This document shows positions 37,860 to 48,305 of a stretch of 64,000 nucleotides of DNA, one piece after another. Where the stretch lies: the IMG/VR virus record IMGVR_UViG_3300027708_000048, one strand, 5' to 3'. The notes under the pieces were generated by a model that was not told the DNA's origin, did not search any database, and was given only the letters and a program-made list of their open reading frames with translations. How positions within the stretch are numbered: the stretch's first letter is position 1; every line of letters starts with the position of its first letter. The translations under genes and the position numbers were made by a program. The stretch comes from an uncultured virus (IMG/VR IMGVR_UViG_3300027708_000048) (Duplodnaviria > Heunggongvirae > Uroviricota > Caudoviricetes).

Positions 37860-39224
37860 ATGGCAACTTCCAAGCAACCAGTATTCCCACAGCCTCCTTT
37901 GGAGATTGGGGTTCCAAACTACCCAACTCCAAGTGTTCCAGACTTTTATACAAAATCTGGGCACATCATATTGGTGGTCAAGGAAAGCACCAACAAGGGG
38001 CCATATAACCCAAAGCCACTAGATGGATCAGTAACCTACACTGGCAGGGATGCGAATAAATGGCCCTCCACGCTTTATCTAGTCCACCAAGCACCAACAG
38101 CAGATAGTGAGTATGTGTATAACACCTATGCGAATGACCGTACTCTGGCATCCCAAGATCCTTGGAACTATGGCATCACATATAGCTCGGAGAATCCATC
38201 GTATCCAATCTATACCCGCCAATACATCGTTCCTAGATCCGAATATGATTCAGTAGCACTTGGGCAAGTCGACCCTGTTTTTGGAGGAACTGCTAGGATT
38301 GTTAAACAGGAAATGGCAGAGCTTGGAGAGGATAACAAGCTCCGCTCTCGCTATGTGGTTGTTCAAAGGGTTTATGAGAGCATTCCCGGCCCCACTCTTG
38401 CTGGCTTGTCGCTACAAGAGTTTGGTGTCGCTAATCTAGTGCAGGGAATTGTTGCACCAGATTCAACATTTACTCCAGACGAGAATACGATCAGTGCCCA
38501 ACTAGACCCAGTTGATAGCTCTAAATCAAAGCTATCAAAATTAGTATATGATAGCACTCAAACGCTTAATTCGTATCAATACGACGAAGACCTTGGGCTT
38601 GTAGTCCACACAACAAAGGAGATCATTCCACAAGGGACATCACCAGTTGATCCCCCGGATGGTCTGATTTACTACAAGGATGAGCCAGTAAATGCCTATC
38701 AAACAATCCGCATTCAATCAAAGATTTCTGCTCTTCCAGAGCCTCGTGTTGAATACAAAGCTCAAACATACGCAAATCCAAATCTTTTGTTTAGTTTTGG
38801 AGGTAGCTACAATAGGTTGCCAAATGACGGAGGTGCAATTCACGCATATTGGTTGCCAAATATGGTAGCAAAAAGAAGCTATATAACTACTTGGAGGCAT
38901 GAAACAACTTTCCAGTATGGACAACCATCAGAGCCAGCTGACACATTATTTGATCCAGTGACAGTAAATGTTTATTATGATGGATATTTTATTCATGTTA
39001 ATGTTCCAGATTGTTTGACAAATCCCGACTTGCATCCAAGTATTGAATTAACGGCAGATCCATATTATGGCGACTGGTATGAGCGTTATATAATACCAGC
39101 AACTACTATTTCCGCAGATGATTACCTTGCATTGGCTGGATCATATCAACAAGTATCGTATGAAGTTGATTACTGGAAAGCAAACATTTGGAGGGTAACA
39201 AAACAATTTGTTCTATTGAAATGA
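37860..39224 (+). CDS. putative tail structural protein
   Basis: 454 aa, beta-rich, Tyr/Pro/Thr-rich. Confidence 0.5.
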   Translation: MATSKQPVFPQPPLEIGVPNYPTPSVPDFYTKSGHIILVVKESTNKGPYNPKPLDGSVTYTGRDANKWPSTLYLVHQAPTADSEYVYNTYANDRTLASQDPWNYGITYSSENPSYPIYTRQYIVPRSEYDSVALGQVDPVFGGTARIVKQEMAELGEDNKLRSRYVVVQRVYESIPGPTLAGLSLQEFGVANLVQGIVAPDSTFTPDENTISAQLDPVDSSKSKLSKLVYDSTQTLNSYQYDEDLGLVVHTTKEIIPQGTSPVDPPDGLIYYKDEPVNAYQTIRIQSKISALPEPRVEYKAQTYANPNLLFSFGGSYNRLPNDGGAIHAYWLPNMVAKRSYITTWRHETTFQYGQPSEPADTLFDPVTVNVYYDGYFIHVNVPDCLTNPDLHPSIELTADPYYGDWYERYIIPATTISADDYLALAGSYQQVSYEVDYWKANIWRVTKQFVLLK

Positions 39225-39460
39225 GTATTCCTATACCAGATAAAGTTGGATTCGGTAGGCTACCATCTCCAAGGCCAAATTTTTCGCAAGGAATTAGCGT
39301 TTCTGGATCATTTGCACCAATTTGGACAACATCCCCAATAACAAGCGGAAATGCAGGATTGATGCAGGATCAAGCACAGACTCAAACAATAAGCGTTTGT
39401 GTCAATGGCTCACCGGGAACAATGGTTGTAGTTGGCGAAGACCCAATCCCAGACGCATAG
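39221..39460 (+). CDS. small putative tail protein
   Basis: ATGA-coupled; ends with VCVNG motif also at the collagen C-terminus. Confidence 0.55.
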   Translation: MSIPIPDKVGFGRLPSPRPNFSQGISVSGSFAPIWTTSPITSGNAGLMQDQAQTQTISVCVNGSPGTMVVVGEDPIPDA

Positions 39461-39463
39461 TAT

Positions 39464-40222
39464 ATGTCAGACAGGGTGATTTCCACCAAAAGGCTTCCCA
39501 CTTGCGTTATAACGGAAGTAGGTTCTTCGGGCGTTGGAATTGGAACATACTATCCAATAGGACTCACATACGATGAATTGCTATATTTTTATTGGGTTCC
39601 TAACTGGAACCAAGGCACATTTTCAGTAGATTCATCAGCAAATTCTTCTGTGTATGAAGTTACTGCATCAATAAGTATATCTGAAATAAATACCAGTGGA
39701 TATAAACTTGAAATTGATGGAAGCCCATTAACAATAACAAGAGAAAGAAAACTTGTTTGTTCTGGAATTTATTCTGAATATATAAATAACGCATATCAAA
39801 TAAATTATTCAGTAAATGGATCTTCGGTTGAGGTTAATATTAATTCCAGAATATTATTTAGTTTTAACCATATTACATATTATAATGGATCATATTACCC
39901 ATTTGTAATTTGCGAAATAAGTGGAGGGGACAATATCATAGATGTTCCACTTGAAAGAAACTATTCAAATTTTGATTTTTCATTTTCTTCACTTAATACA
40001 CCATCTGTGGACTATGACCTAACGATTCCATTAACTCTTTTTGGAAAGACTATAAATATTTCTGGTTTTTTAAATGATGTTGGATATGGAACTGGATATG
40101 GATACACATTGCCAACATCTATGTCGTTAGTTCCTACTTCTTATTGGCCCTACGCATCAACCAACAACACGCCGATTTACAATACTTCCACAGGGGCACA
40201 ATTACAGAGTCCTTTTGCTTGA
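39464..40222 (+). CDS. putative tail/fibre protein
   Basis: AT-rich; Ser/Tyr/Asn-rich. Confidence 0.5.
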   Translation: MSDRVISTKRLPTCVITEVGSSGVGIGTYYPIGLTYDELLYFYWVPNWNQGTFSVDSSANSSVYEVTASISISEINTSGYKLEIDGSPLTITRERKLVCSGIYSEYINNAYQINYSVNGSSVEVNINSRILFSFNHITYYNGSYYPFVICEISGGDNIIDVPLERNYSNFDFSFSSLNTPSVDYDLTIPLTLFGKTINISGFLNDVGYGTGYGYTLPTSMSLVPTSYWPYASTNNTPIYNTSTGAQLQSPFA

Positions 40223-40259
40223 CATGATTTAGGCATGGATGTAAAAGCATCCTACTGAA

Positions 40260-41291
40260 ATGATAGTTGCAATCTCTTACTACGGAGCAGATAAGCCGCT
40301 TATGGAGCGTTGGGCGGCTCATGTGAAGAAACTTGGGCCTTATCCAAACCATAAGATCATTCTGCTTCCAGCCCATCATGCTACTACAGATGGCGTGATA
40401 GGGCCATTGCAAGAGTGCTTTGGATCGGTGGATGTTAGGCCATGCCACCACACACAGACTGGATGGCCTATTTCATGCAACATGGCGTTTGAGAACATAG
40501 CTCGTCATGCCGCCGACAACCTACAGGAGCCATTCCTTTTCATGGAGCCAGATGCAATTCCTCTTAAATCTGGATGGTTGGATTCTATTGAATCTGCATA
40601 CAATGCTTGTGGACAGCCTTTTATGGGGGATTTTGTAGGTATTGCTGGCATCGTGCCAAATGGGATTGATCACATGAGTGGTATTGCCGTGTATCACTGG
40701 GATCTCCATAGGCTTGCACCATCCTTGTTTAACAACGAGCGTCTTGCTTGGGACATTGCTAGTGCAAAACATATTCTTCCTTTATTTTCCAGAACCCCTC
40801 TTATTCAGCATGACTGGGTTCCAACCAAAGCATGGAGGCGTGATAAGGTGGATGCCTCTTGCGTTAATCCTCTCGCTGTCATATATCATCCAGATAAGTT
40901 GGGTGTATTGTTCAACGATGGCTTATCTCCGAATGGTACGCAGGGAGATCCTGCGGCGGGTGTCCCCTGTGAGGGAAGTCCTCATGAAACAAAGGAAAAG
41001 CCATTGCCGGGAACTCAACCGGCAATAGACCTAGCAATCTCCAACGCTATCAATGTATTAATATTCCATGCAAAACAATCCAGAAAAGCCAAAAAGGAAA
41101 TCACGGAACGGCTCTGCAAAGAAAACTTCTTTGCCAAAGCCAAGAGTGCCAAGCAGTCTCGAAAGAAAGTTCGATCTGCTTTGGGCAAGCGTAAAGGGGC
41201 CGATTCTGGAGACAGAGTATCGGTTCCATCCTACGAGGAAGTGGAGAGCAGACTATGTGCATCACGAGAGCCGCACTCTCATAGAGATTGA
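40260..41291 (+). CDS. glycosyltransferase-like protein with basic tail
   Basis: GWPISCN..F, FLFMEPDAIPL (DxD-like), HMSGIAVY, AWD, VIYH. Confidence 0.5.
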   Translation: MIVAISYYGADKPLMERWAAHVKKLGPYPNHKIILLPAHHATTDGVIGPLQECFGSVDVRPCHHTQTGWPISCNMAFENIARHAADNLQEPFLFMEPDAIPLKSGWLDSIESAYNACGQPFMGDFVGIAGIVPNGIDHMSGIAVYHWDLHRLAPSLFNNERLAWDIASAKHILPLFSRTPLIQHDWVPTKAWRRDKVDASCVNPLAVIYHPDKLGVLFNDGLSPNGTQGDPAAGVPCEGSPHETKEKPLPGTQPAIDLAISNAINVLIFHAKQSRKAKKEITERLCKENFFAKAKSAKQSRKKVRSALGKRKGADSGDRVSVPSYEEVESRLCASREPHSHRD

Positions 41292-41466
41292 GGGAGGGGC
41301 TTGGGGGGGGAGGCATTCTAGGGGTGGTGGATTCCTTAAAGATGCAGAGAAATATTGGGAGGCTACAAAGTTAGGCTGGAAGATTGTTAGGTGGACAGCC
41401 CCTCTTATTACCATAGAGAATTGCGAGAATCTGAAGGAAATGTTGGAAAATGAAATAATTGATTGA
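41068..41466 (+). CDS. Vsr/DUF559-like endonuclease
   Basis: EYRFHPTRKWRAD..IEIEGG..GRH..D.EKY..GWKIVR. Confidence 0.8.
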   Translation: MQNNPEKPKRKSRNGSAKKTSLPKPRVPSSLERKFDLLWASVKGPILETEYRFHPTRKWRADYVHHESRTLIEIEGGAWGGRHSRGGGFLKDAEKYWEATKLGWKIVRWTAPLITIENCENLKEMLENEIID

Positions 41467-41469
41467 AAA

Positions 41470-42054
41470 ATGAGAGATCATTTGACGATCCGCCAGATAG
41501 AACACAGAGAATATTTAAAATCTCCGTTGTGGAAGTCAATAAGGGCTAATGCAATAGAGCATTATGGTGAAGTTTGTGGGAAGTGCGGTGATTATGGAAA
41601 TGATGTTCACCATATTACCTATGATCGCGTTGGAGGCCAAGAGTTGCTGGATGACTTGCAAGTATTGTGTAGAGACTGCCATGAAGCACTTCATGCCATA
41701 GAGAGAGCGACTAAAAGACAAAAAACCAAAAGAAGAGGATGCACAATTGAAGTTTTATATTCAATGCTTACAGATAAACATAAAAAGAAGATTGAATCAA
41801 AATACTCTGGAAATGCGTATTCTGTATTAACTGCACCATCTAAAGAGGGATGGGAGGCAAGAAAAATGGCTAGAAGGTTTGTAAATATTCAATTTATAGT
41901 TGGAAATTTGCATCCATCATATCCAATAGATAAAAGGCAATTGAATGCAATTAACCAATTTTTTTACAGACAAGAATATCAATTGCTGAAAAATAGCGGG
42001 ATTTTAACAAGCGAAATTTCTAAATCATTGAGAAAAAAGTATTTTTCCTGTTGA
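41470..42054 (+). CDS. HNH endonuclease
   Basis: YLKSPLW..CGKC..VHHITY..LQVLCRDCH. Confidence 0.85.
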   Translation: MRDHLTIRQIEHREYLKSPLWKSIRANAIEHYGEVCGKCGDYGNDVHHITYDRVGGQELLDDLQVLCRDCHEALHAIERATKRQKTKRRGCTIEVLYSMLTDKHKKKIESKYSGNAYSVLTAPSKEGWEARKMARRFVNIQFIVGNLHPSYPIDKRQLNAINQFFYRQEYQLLKNSGILTSEISKSLRKKYFSC

Positions 42055-42080
42055 CATATACATTGAGCTAGATGTAAAAG
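42051..42080 (+). promoter_or_regulatory. capsid promoter
   Basis: TTGACA-N18-TAAAAG; shares GATGTAAAAGC with the 40219 promoter. Confidence 0.55.
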
Positions 42081-42236
42081 CCAAGTTAGCTGAACCCAGT
42101 CATACTGGCGAGAGGATAGCCACCACTCAAAAATTGGGCGTTAATTATGGAGACTAGCCCGATCCAAAAACAAAGAGATGTTTGTGCTTTGCACTTATAT
42201 TTCATCACTAAACCAAACCAATAATTTTTTACTAAA

Positions 42237-43427
42237 ATGGCGATAACCTGCTCCACAGTGAACGATTTATTTCAACGTGAGACGAACAGATTCTCCGTTG
42301 ATGTTCACGAACGTTATTCTGTTGACGGCCCTTGGGGTCGTCTAGTCCGTGTTGGCAAATTCCCACAGGGAATGGGCGTAACACTTTCCGAAATCACAGT
42401 TGAGCGTGTCCTCTCTGGCTCGTTTGAAAATAGCTGGAGTGATGTTGGAACTTCCAACGGCACTTCTTCAAATGGTTGCGTTCCTGCACCCGCTGATCTC
42501 TCCTTTGGGCAGACGATCCGCACTTGGAACCTCCAGACGAAGAGCTATCAGACCCCTTGCATCTGCTTGGACGATCTGAAGACCGCCTTCCAGATTGAGA
42601 ACCAGATCGCCAAGACTGTCACCCAGCTTACCCAGCTGACGAAGACTGTTCTGGACAACCGCCGCCGCTCGGAGTATCTCCGCTTGGTCAGCAAGGTTGC
42701 TTCTGGCTACAACACCGAATATGCCAGCCTCAAGGATGTTCCTCCGACTGTCAATCAGTTGGCACAGGATCAGCTTGACGAGCTTCGTGTTCGCCTCATC
42801 CGTGATGGTGCAGGGCACAATGCCCTTGGCAAGGAGAACGGCACTCCTGTTCTGGGTCTGATCACCAGCCCCGAAACAAGCCGCCAGTTGCTCCGTAACA
42901 ACAGCGAACTCCGACAGGATCTCCGCTATGCCACCCCTAGTGAGCTTATCGCTCCTCTCGGTGTCGAGCGTTCCTTCGGTGGTTTCTACCACATGGCTGA
43001 CCTTGAGGTTCCTCGCTTCAACTACACTGTTGGAACGAACGATCCTAACAATGGCAACTGGGTACAGGTGTATCCTTTCGTCCAGTCCAGCACGAACACT
43101 GGTTATAAGTGGGAGCCAAATCCTGCTTACAACACAGCCGCATACGAGGCCGCATACATCTTCCATCCCGATGTGTATGAGGAGGCAGTCCAGCAGGTTG
43201 GCCCGAACATCCCCGGAGCCGCCTTCGACGACTATCCGTATTATTATTCCGGCCAGTTTTTCTGGCTGAATATCCGTGATGCGGTGAACAACCCCCTCGG
43301 TAAGATCGGTCGCTGGATGAGCGTCTTCACTAGCGGAAGCCGCCCCATCGCCCCTTATCTGGGTCGTGTCATCCTGCACAAGCGTTGTGCTAATGACTTC
43401 ACTGTCGCTACTTGCACTAACTCCTAA
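42237..43427 (+). CDS. major capsid protein (complete, copy 2)
   Basis: 396 aa, strong codon bias, own promoter and terminator. Confidence 0.8.
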   Translation: MAITCSTVNDLFQRETNRFSVDVHERYSVDGPWGRLVRVGKFPQGMGVTLSEITVERVLSGSFENSWSDVGTSNGTSSNGCVPAPADLSFGQTIRTWNLQTKSYQTPCICLDDLKTAFQIENQIAKTVTQLTQLTKTVLDNRRRSEYLRLVSKVASGYNTEYASLKDVPPTVNQLAQDQLDELRVRLIRDGAGHNALGKENGTPVLGLITSPETSRQLLRNNSELRQDLRYATPSELIAPLGVERSFGGFYHMADLEVPRFNYTVGTNDPNNGNWVQVYPFVQSSTNTGYKWEPNPAYNTAAYEAAYIFHPDVYEEAVQQVGPNIPGAAFDDYPYYYSGQFFWLNIRDAVNNPLGKIGRWMSVFTSGSRPIAPYLGRVILHKRCANDFTVATCTNS

Positions 43428-43442
43428 TCGGAGATAGCACTC

Positions 43443-43485
43443 AAAGAAGGCCCCTTCAGAGAAATCTGAAGGGGTTTTTCTTTTT
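43443..43485 (+). terminator. Rho-independent terminator after capsid
   Basis: GGCCCCTTCAGA-GAAA-TCTGAAGGGGTT-TTTCTTTTT. Confidence 0.85.
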
Positions 43486-43529
43486 GCCCCTTGACTTAAA
43501 GAAGGGGAATAAGGTTAATTTACTCACTT

Positions 43530-43886
43530 ATGTCTGCCGCCACATTTAATCTTGTTATTGAGCAGAACTCTGATTTTACTTTGTCCGTTACTTTGGATGA
43601 TGGGGTGCAACCAACTCCTGCTCCAATTAATTTAAATGGATGTCAAATTACCGCTGACATAAGAAAGTCTTCCCTTGAGCCAATTATAGCTTCGTTTTAT
43701 GTGGCTATCGTTAATGCGGCTGAAGGAAAGTTTGCACTTAATTTTAATGGGGCACAAACATTGGAATTGCCAATAACTACTGCGGCTGATCTTTTGAGAT
43801 ATGATGTATTGCTTGTTGATGCAAATGGAAATCAAGAAAGGCTTTTTGAAGGAACAATACAAGTTAGGGAAGCCATCACATTTTAA
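43530..43886 (+). CDS. BppU-like fibre adaptor protein
   Basis: NLVIEQ.SDF..INL.G..ADIR..YDVLL..RLFEG.I.V pattern; copy 2 only. Confidence 0.6.
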   Translation: MSAATFNLVIEQNSDFTLSVTLDDGVQPTPAPINLNGCQITADIRKSSLEPIIASFYVAIVNAAEGKFALNFNGAQTLELPITTAADLLRYDVLLVDANGNQERLFEGTIQVREAITF

Positions 43887-43888
43887 TT

Positions 43889-46513
43889 ATGAGTGATATT
43901 TCATTGTCGATAAACAATGGTGCTAGAATTAATGTTTCTCCATCTAATAATTCAAATGTAAATGTTGGTCAGTCTCCACAAATTTTGCAAGGGCCAGCAG
44001 GAGCAACTGGAGCATCTGGTCACATTGGCTTAACTGGTGCTAGTGGGGCAACTGGCCCACAAGGATCTACTGGTTTAGCTGGAGCCACAGGGGCAAGCGG
44101 TTCTACTGGAGGAATTGGTGGAACTGGGCCAAGTGGGCCAAGAGGTGCTACTGGAGCAGTAGGTTCAACTGGATTGCAAGGATCTACTGGGTTTGGAGCA
44201 ACTGGAGCGACAGGGCCTGTAGGTGCAACTGGATCACAAGGCCCGACTGGGCCGTCTGGAGGGCCGATAGGAGCAACTGGGCCTAGCGGGGCAACAGGGC
44301 CAAGTGGATCACCCGGAGGCCCAAGCGGCCCAAGCGGAGCAACTGGTTCCACAGGGGCTACAGGCCCACAGGGAGCAACTGGTTCTGGGGCTACTGGTGC
44401 AACAGGAATTGGTGCTAGTGGTTCTACAGGAGCTACAGGCCCTATTGGTCAAACAGGAGCCACTGGTCAAAAAGGAGCTACTGGAGAAAAGGGATCTACT
44501 GGATTAACAGGGCCTAGCGGGCCTAGCGGGGCTATTGGAGCTACAGGGGCAGGAGCAACTGGAGAGACTGGTCAGACAGGGGCAACTGGGGCTAGAGGAT
44601 CTGCTGGTGGAGCGACTGGCCCAAGCGGTGCTACAGGGGCAACTGGTGCAAGCGGTTCAGTAATTTATCAATTTCAATTTATTGGAGATCCAGATAATCC
44701 AGCACCAGATGGAAAGCCCGGAGATTATGCAATTGCAAATGATTTTGAATACCCAATTGAAGCATCTGCTTATTTTTGGAATTGGGCCACTGGTGGTGGA
44801 GGCGGTGGTTTTTGGAACAGACAATTTGAAATAAGAGGCCCCGGAGGTGGCCCTACTGGGGCAACTGGTTTTGGAGCAACAGGAGCCACTGGGCCAAGCG
44901 GAGCAAGTGGGCCAAGCGGCCCATCTGGCCCATCTGGCCCATCTGGGCCTACTGGCTTTGGAGCAAGTGGAGCAACTGGAGCTACAGGCCCAATGGGATC
45001 AACTGGCCCTATTGGGCCATCTGGTGGGCCGCAAGGAGCCACTGGCTCTACTGGCCCTGTAGGAGCATCTGGTTCGCCCGGAGGGGCGACTGGGCCAAAA
45101 GGATCTACTGGTGCTACAGGAACTCTTGGGCCAATGGGAGCAACTGGGCTTGGTGCTACTGGTGCTACAGGAATTACTGGAGCTACAGGCCCAAATGGGT
45201 CAACAGTTTATTTTAACGATACGCAATTCCCACCAAACACACTTGGAATAAATGGAGACTTGTGTTGGTGTAATTGGACTAATCGTGTAACTGGTGATCT
45301 TAATTATACTTTATACCAAAAAATAAGTGGATTTTGGTCAATTAGTGGTTCTTCTTTAACTGCAAGGACAGGAGCAACTGGCCCAGTTGGAAGGTCACCA
45401 CAAGTTTTTAGTGGTTCTGGAGATCCAGCTTCTTTTTTGGGGCAAGTTGGTGATCTTTATTTTCTAACACAAACTAATGCATTTCAATTATATGTAAAAG
45501 TTTCTGATTTTGGATGGGGATTGGTTGGATATTATGGAACAGGAGGTGCAACAGGCCCCAAAGGAGCTACTGGTGCTACTGGGCAAATCGGGCCATCTGG
45601 TGGGCCAACTGGATCGACTGGTGCTACTGGATTGCAAGGCCCAACAGGCCCGTCTGGAAGCCCCGGAGGCCCAAGTGGCCCAAGTGGTGTTTCTGGTGCT
45701 ACTGGTGCTACTGGGCTTCAAGGCCCTAGTGGTTTTGGAGCAACAGGAGCCACTGGGCTTCAAGGGCCATCTGGGCCAAGTGGTGGGCCAAGAGGAGCTA
45801 CTGGCCCAACTGGTGCTACTGGAGAAACTGGGGCCACTGGTGATCCGGGGGGAGCAACTGGCCCTACTGGCCCAACTGGTGCGACTGGGCTTACACCACA
45901 AGTATTTGGTGGTTCTCAAGAACCATATTATGGACTTGGTAGTGATGGTGATATGTATTGGAGGCAAGAGACTGATCCAAAAGGAATTAGTCTATGGATA
46001 AATAGTGGTGGATATTGGCATCAAACTAATTTCTTTGAAGTTACAGAAGGCCCAAGAGGAGCAACTGGAGTTGATGGATTGGTTGGGGCAACAGGGGCTG
46101 GCCCGACTGGGGCTACTGGGTTAAGGGGATTAACAGGATTGACTGGCCCTACTGGGGCAACAGGCCTTACAGGCCCTAGTGGATTTGGTGCAACTGGTGC
46201 TACTGGTTCAATCGGTGCTACTGGCCCCGGTGGTGGCCCTACTGGCCCAACGGGAGCGACAGGCCCAAGCGGCCCCCCCGGAGGCCCTACTGGTTCTACT
46301 GGAGCCACAGGGCCGAGCGGCTCTACTGGCCCACAAGGGCCAAGAGGATACCAAGGAGATGTTGGCCCAATTGGGCCGTCTGGTGGCCCAAGAGGAGCTA
46401 CTGGCCCAACTGGTGCTACTGGATTTGGAATACCAGAAAGGGCCGAATTTAATCAACTTTATGTTTGTGTTAATGGGGTTATTAAGGCAGTTGATATTTT
46501 ATACATACCATAA
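43889..46513 (+). CDS. collagen-like fibre protein
   Basis: Long Gly-X-Y (GAT/GPS/GPT) tracts interrupted by four G..GD.(Y/C)..W globular inserts. Confidence 0.9.
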   Translation: MSDISLSINNGARINVSPSNNSNVNVGQSPQILQGPAGATGASGHIGLTGASGATGPQGSTGLAGATGASGSTGGIGGTGPSGPRGATGAVGSTGLQGSTGFGATGATGPVGATGSQGPTGPSGGPIGATGPSGATGPSGSPGGPSGPSGATGSTGATGPQGATGSGATGATGIGASGSTGATGPIGQTGATGQKGATGEKGSTGLTGPSGPSGAIGATGAGATGETGQTGATGARGSAGGATGPSGATGATGASGSVIYQFQFIGDPDNPAPDGKPGDYAIANDFEYPIEASAYFWNWATGGGGGGFWNRQFEIRGPGGGPTGATGFGATGATGPSGASGPSGPSGPSGPSGPTGFGASGATGATGPMGSTGPIGPSGGPQGATGSTGPVGASGSPGGATGPKGSTGATGTLGPMGATGLGATGATGITGATGPNGSTVYFNDTQFPPNTLGINGDLCWCNWTNRVTGDLNYTLYQKISGFWSISGSSLTARTGATGPVGRSPQVFSGSGDPASFLGQVGDLYFLTQTNAFQLYVKVSDFGWGLVGYYGTGGATGPKGATGATGQIGPSGGPTGSTGATGLQGPTGPSGSPGGPSGPSGVSGATGATGLQGPSGFGATGATGLQGPSGPSGGPRGATGPTGATGETGATGDPGGATGPTGPTGATGLTPQVFGGSQEPYYGLGSDGDMYWRQETDPKGISLWINSGGYWHQTNFFEVTEGPRGATGVDGLVGATGAGPTGATGLRGLTGLTGPTGATGLTGPSGFGATGATGSIGATGPGGGPTGPTGATGPSGPPGGPTGSTGATGPSGSTGPQGPRGYQGDVGPIGPSGGPRGATGPTGATGFGIPERAEFNQLYVCVNGVIKAVDILYIP

Positions 46514-47427
46514 TGTCGATTTTAGATAAGGTTATTTCTTGGCCTTCAACTCATGTTGGACAACAATGCGTTTATCCAGTTCCAGAGAACAAGCCATGCT
46601 ATATGCTTTGGCAAGTTGATCATCCATGTGATCTTGATCTAAATAAGGTTTATTTTTTTGATCCTTATTTTTTAAATGGATTATGGGAAGATCCTAGAAA
46701 TTGGTGGATTGATTCAAATCACACAATACCATATTTAGTTGTTCCACCAAGCGGATCAAGCGTTGTTGTTGATTCTCCTCTTCTTGCAAGTAGTGGGCCA
46801 ATACCAACTGTTTCAAACATAGTATTTAATGCCTCAAATGCAATTGCAATTAATGTTGAGTCTGGTGGATTTGCTGAATTTAAAGTAGCAGGAACAACAA
46901 ACACTGGAATAATTAATGGTAATGTTAAAGTAACATATCCAGCACAAGGCCCGATTGGCGGCACTATTACTGGCGATATTCAGTATATTAATTTTCCAAC
47001 ACCTCCAGCCGCTCCGTTTCGTTTTTTGACTGCAAATAAAAATGGCAATTCACAAATACTAGACGCAGGAGAATCTTGGGATATGGATGTGAGATCCAAT
47101 GATGAGTGTGGTATTGTTTATTTTTATTTTACAAATAATAGTGGAAGGGATCTTGGTTATAGAATTGATGGATTCGTTAATGATGATATTGAAATAAATG
47201 GTGTTATTTATGAAGATGGTCAATATCCATTCTGGGTTCCACCAGAATTTCCAACGCCTCCATGCGGAAGAATAAATGGGGCACATAGTTTTGGGTATCC
47301 AAAAGCACGAAAAGAATATCTTCCAAATGGTGGTGTTGTTTTAGTAAGGGCATTGGACAATGGTGGTGGCAGTGATTGGCATGGTTCTGACCTAACACTT
47401 AAAGCGAGTTTTATAACAATTCTATAA
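46513..47427 (+). CDS. putative fibre tip/receptor-binding protein
   Basis: Shares W..xxNWW.D...TIP and GNV.V.YP..PIGGT..G...Y motifs with the LamG fibre. Confidence 0.55.
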   Translation: MSILDKVISWPSTHVGQQCVYPVPENKPCYMLWQVDHPCDLDLNKVYFFDPYFLNGLWEDPRNWWIDSNHTIPYLVVPPSGSSVVVDSPLLASSGPIPTVSNIVFNASNAIAINVESGGFAEFKVAGTTNTGIINGNVKVTYPAQGPIGGTITGDIQYINFPTPPAAPFRFLTANKNGNSQILDAGESWDMDVRSNDECGIVYFYFTNNSGRDLGYRIDGFVNDDIEINGVIYEDGQYPFWVPPEFPTPPCGRINGAHSFGYPKARKEYLPNGGVVLVRALDNGGGSDWHGSDLTLKASFITIL

Positions 47428-47428
47428 T

Positions 47429-47755
47429 ATGCTATCTGGAAGGCCGTTATATAATCCAGACGGAACCATGAACATGGATGTAAAAACATTGATGGATGGG
47501 CTTATGGGGATAACATCATCTGCGGCTAAATGGGTGAAATCTGGTCTAAAGATTGTATCCAATGAGAAAATAGAGGAAAGAATGGCTATATGCAGGGGGT
47601 GTGAATTGTGGGATAAAGATGGGTTTAATGGAACTGGGCAATGCAGACAATGTGGGTGTGCTTCCATTGCCAAACTACGCATGGCTACTTCAGTTTGCCC
47701 TGTTGGCAAATGGGGAGAGGAAATCCCCATTGACATCATGGAGAAGATTAACTAA
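47429..47755 (+). CDS. Cys-rich protein (DUF6171-like)
   Basis: ERMAICRGC..QCRQCGC..K..CPVGKW. Confidence 0.7.
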   Translation: MLSGRPLYNPDGTMNMDVKTLMDGLMGITSSAAKWVKSGLKIVSNEKIEERMAICRGCELWDKDGFNGTGQCRQCGCASIAKLRMATSVCPVGKWGEEIPIDIMEKIN

Positions 47756-47767
47756 CAATTCCAAATC

Positions 47768-48064
47768 ATGGCTACCTCCTTTCCTGTCCCCAAAGGCTTT
47801 TCTGCTCCAGATGGAGTTAAGGAAGGCAAAGAGTTCTCTGAAATTGCTTCCTTTAAGATTGAAGGCGGCAATATCTCTATCATTTCTATTGGGCAGGACA
47901 AGACCCCTGTGGCTGAAAAAGAGGACAAGTCCAGCAAGCCAAAGGGCGGACAAGCCGCTATGAAGGAACAGCTTGGAGCTATGGAAGATAAGAAGGGAAG
48001 TGCCTCAATGGAGGACACTGAAACGCCCGAAGAGGAAGCCGCACCAGAGGAGGAAATGGATTAA
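47768..48064 (+). CDS. hypothetical (homolog of 952..1248)
   Basis: Near-identical protein. Confidence 0.75.
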   Translation: MATSFPVPKGFSAPDGVKEGKEFSEIASFKIEGGNISIISIGQDKTPVAEKEDKSSKPKGGQAAMKEQLGAMEDKKGSASMEDTETPEEEAAPEEEMD

Positions 48065-48066
48065 TT

Positions 48067-48297
48067 ATGCGTACATACACACCAACCACATCATCCACAA
48101 CAGATGGATCTGACCTAACGCTTTGCAAGATCCTTGATGTTGCGGCAGGAACCCATGTCGGATGGGATCGCATTGATCTCTCTGATTACACGGATGCCAA
48201 CCCCGGCACTGTGGAATACACTATTGGCGGCAATGTAGTTCAAACCCTCACCCTTACTTGGGACGGCGACAATCTCACTTCGGTTGTCCGTAGCTAG
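48067..48297 (+). CDS. hypothetical (homolog of 1251..1481)
   Basis: Near-identical protein. Confidence 0.7.
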   Translation: MRTYTPTTSSTTDGSDLTLCKILDVAAGTHVGWDRIDLSDYTDANPGTVEYTIGGNVVQTLTLTWDGDNLTSVVRS

Positions 48298-48305
48298 GAC
48301 AACTC

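Noticed and set aside
40967..40990. Hammerhead-like CTGTGA..GAAAC
   Set aside because: Core lacks CUGANGA and stem II geometry does not fit
20576..42236. Prophage attachment site or host DNA between the two copies
   Set aside because: Continuous phage-type gene content; no integrase, tRNA or att-like direct repeat recognised
42468..43379. 303-aa ORF antisense to the capsid gene
   Set aside because: Expected from strong codon bias of the sense gene; the equivalent frame is not reported as a long ORF in copy 1
43889..46513. Repeats as CRISPR array or DGR template/variable region
   Set aside because: They are Gly-X-Y codon repeats; no spacer pattern and no reverse transcriptase in the window
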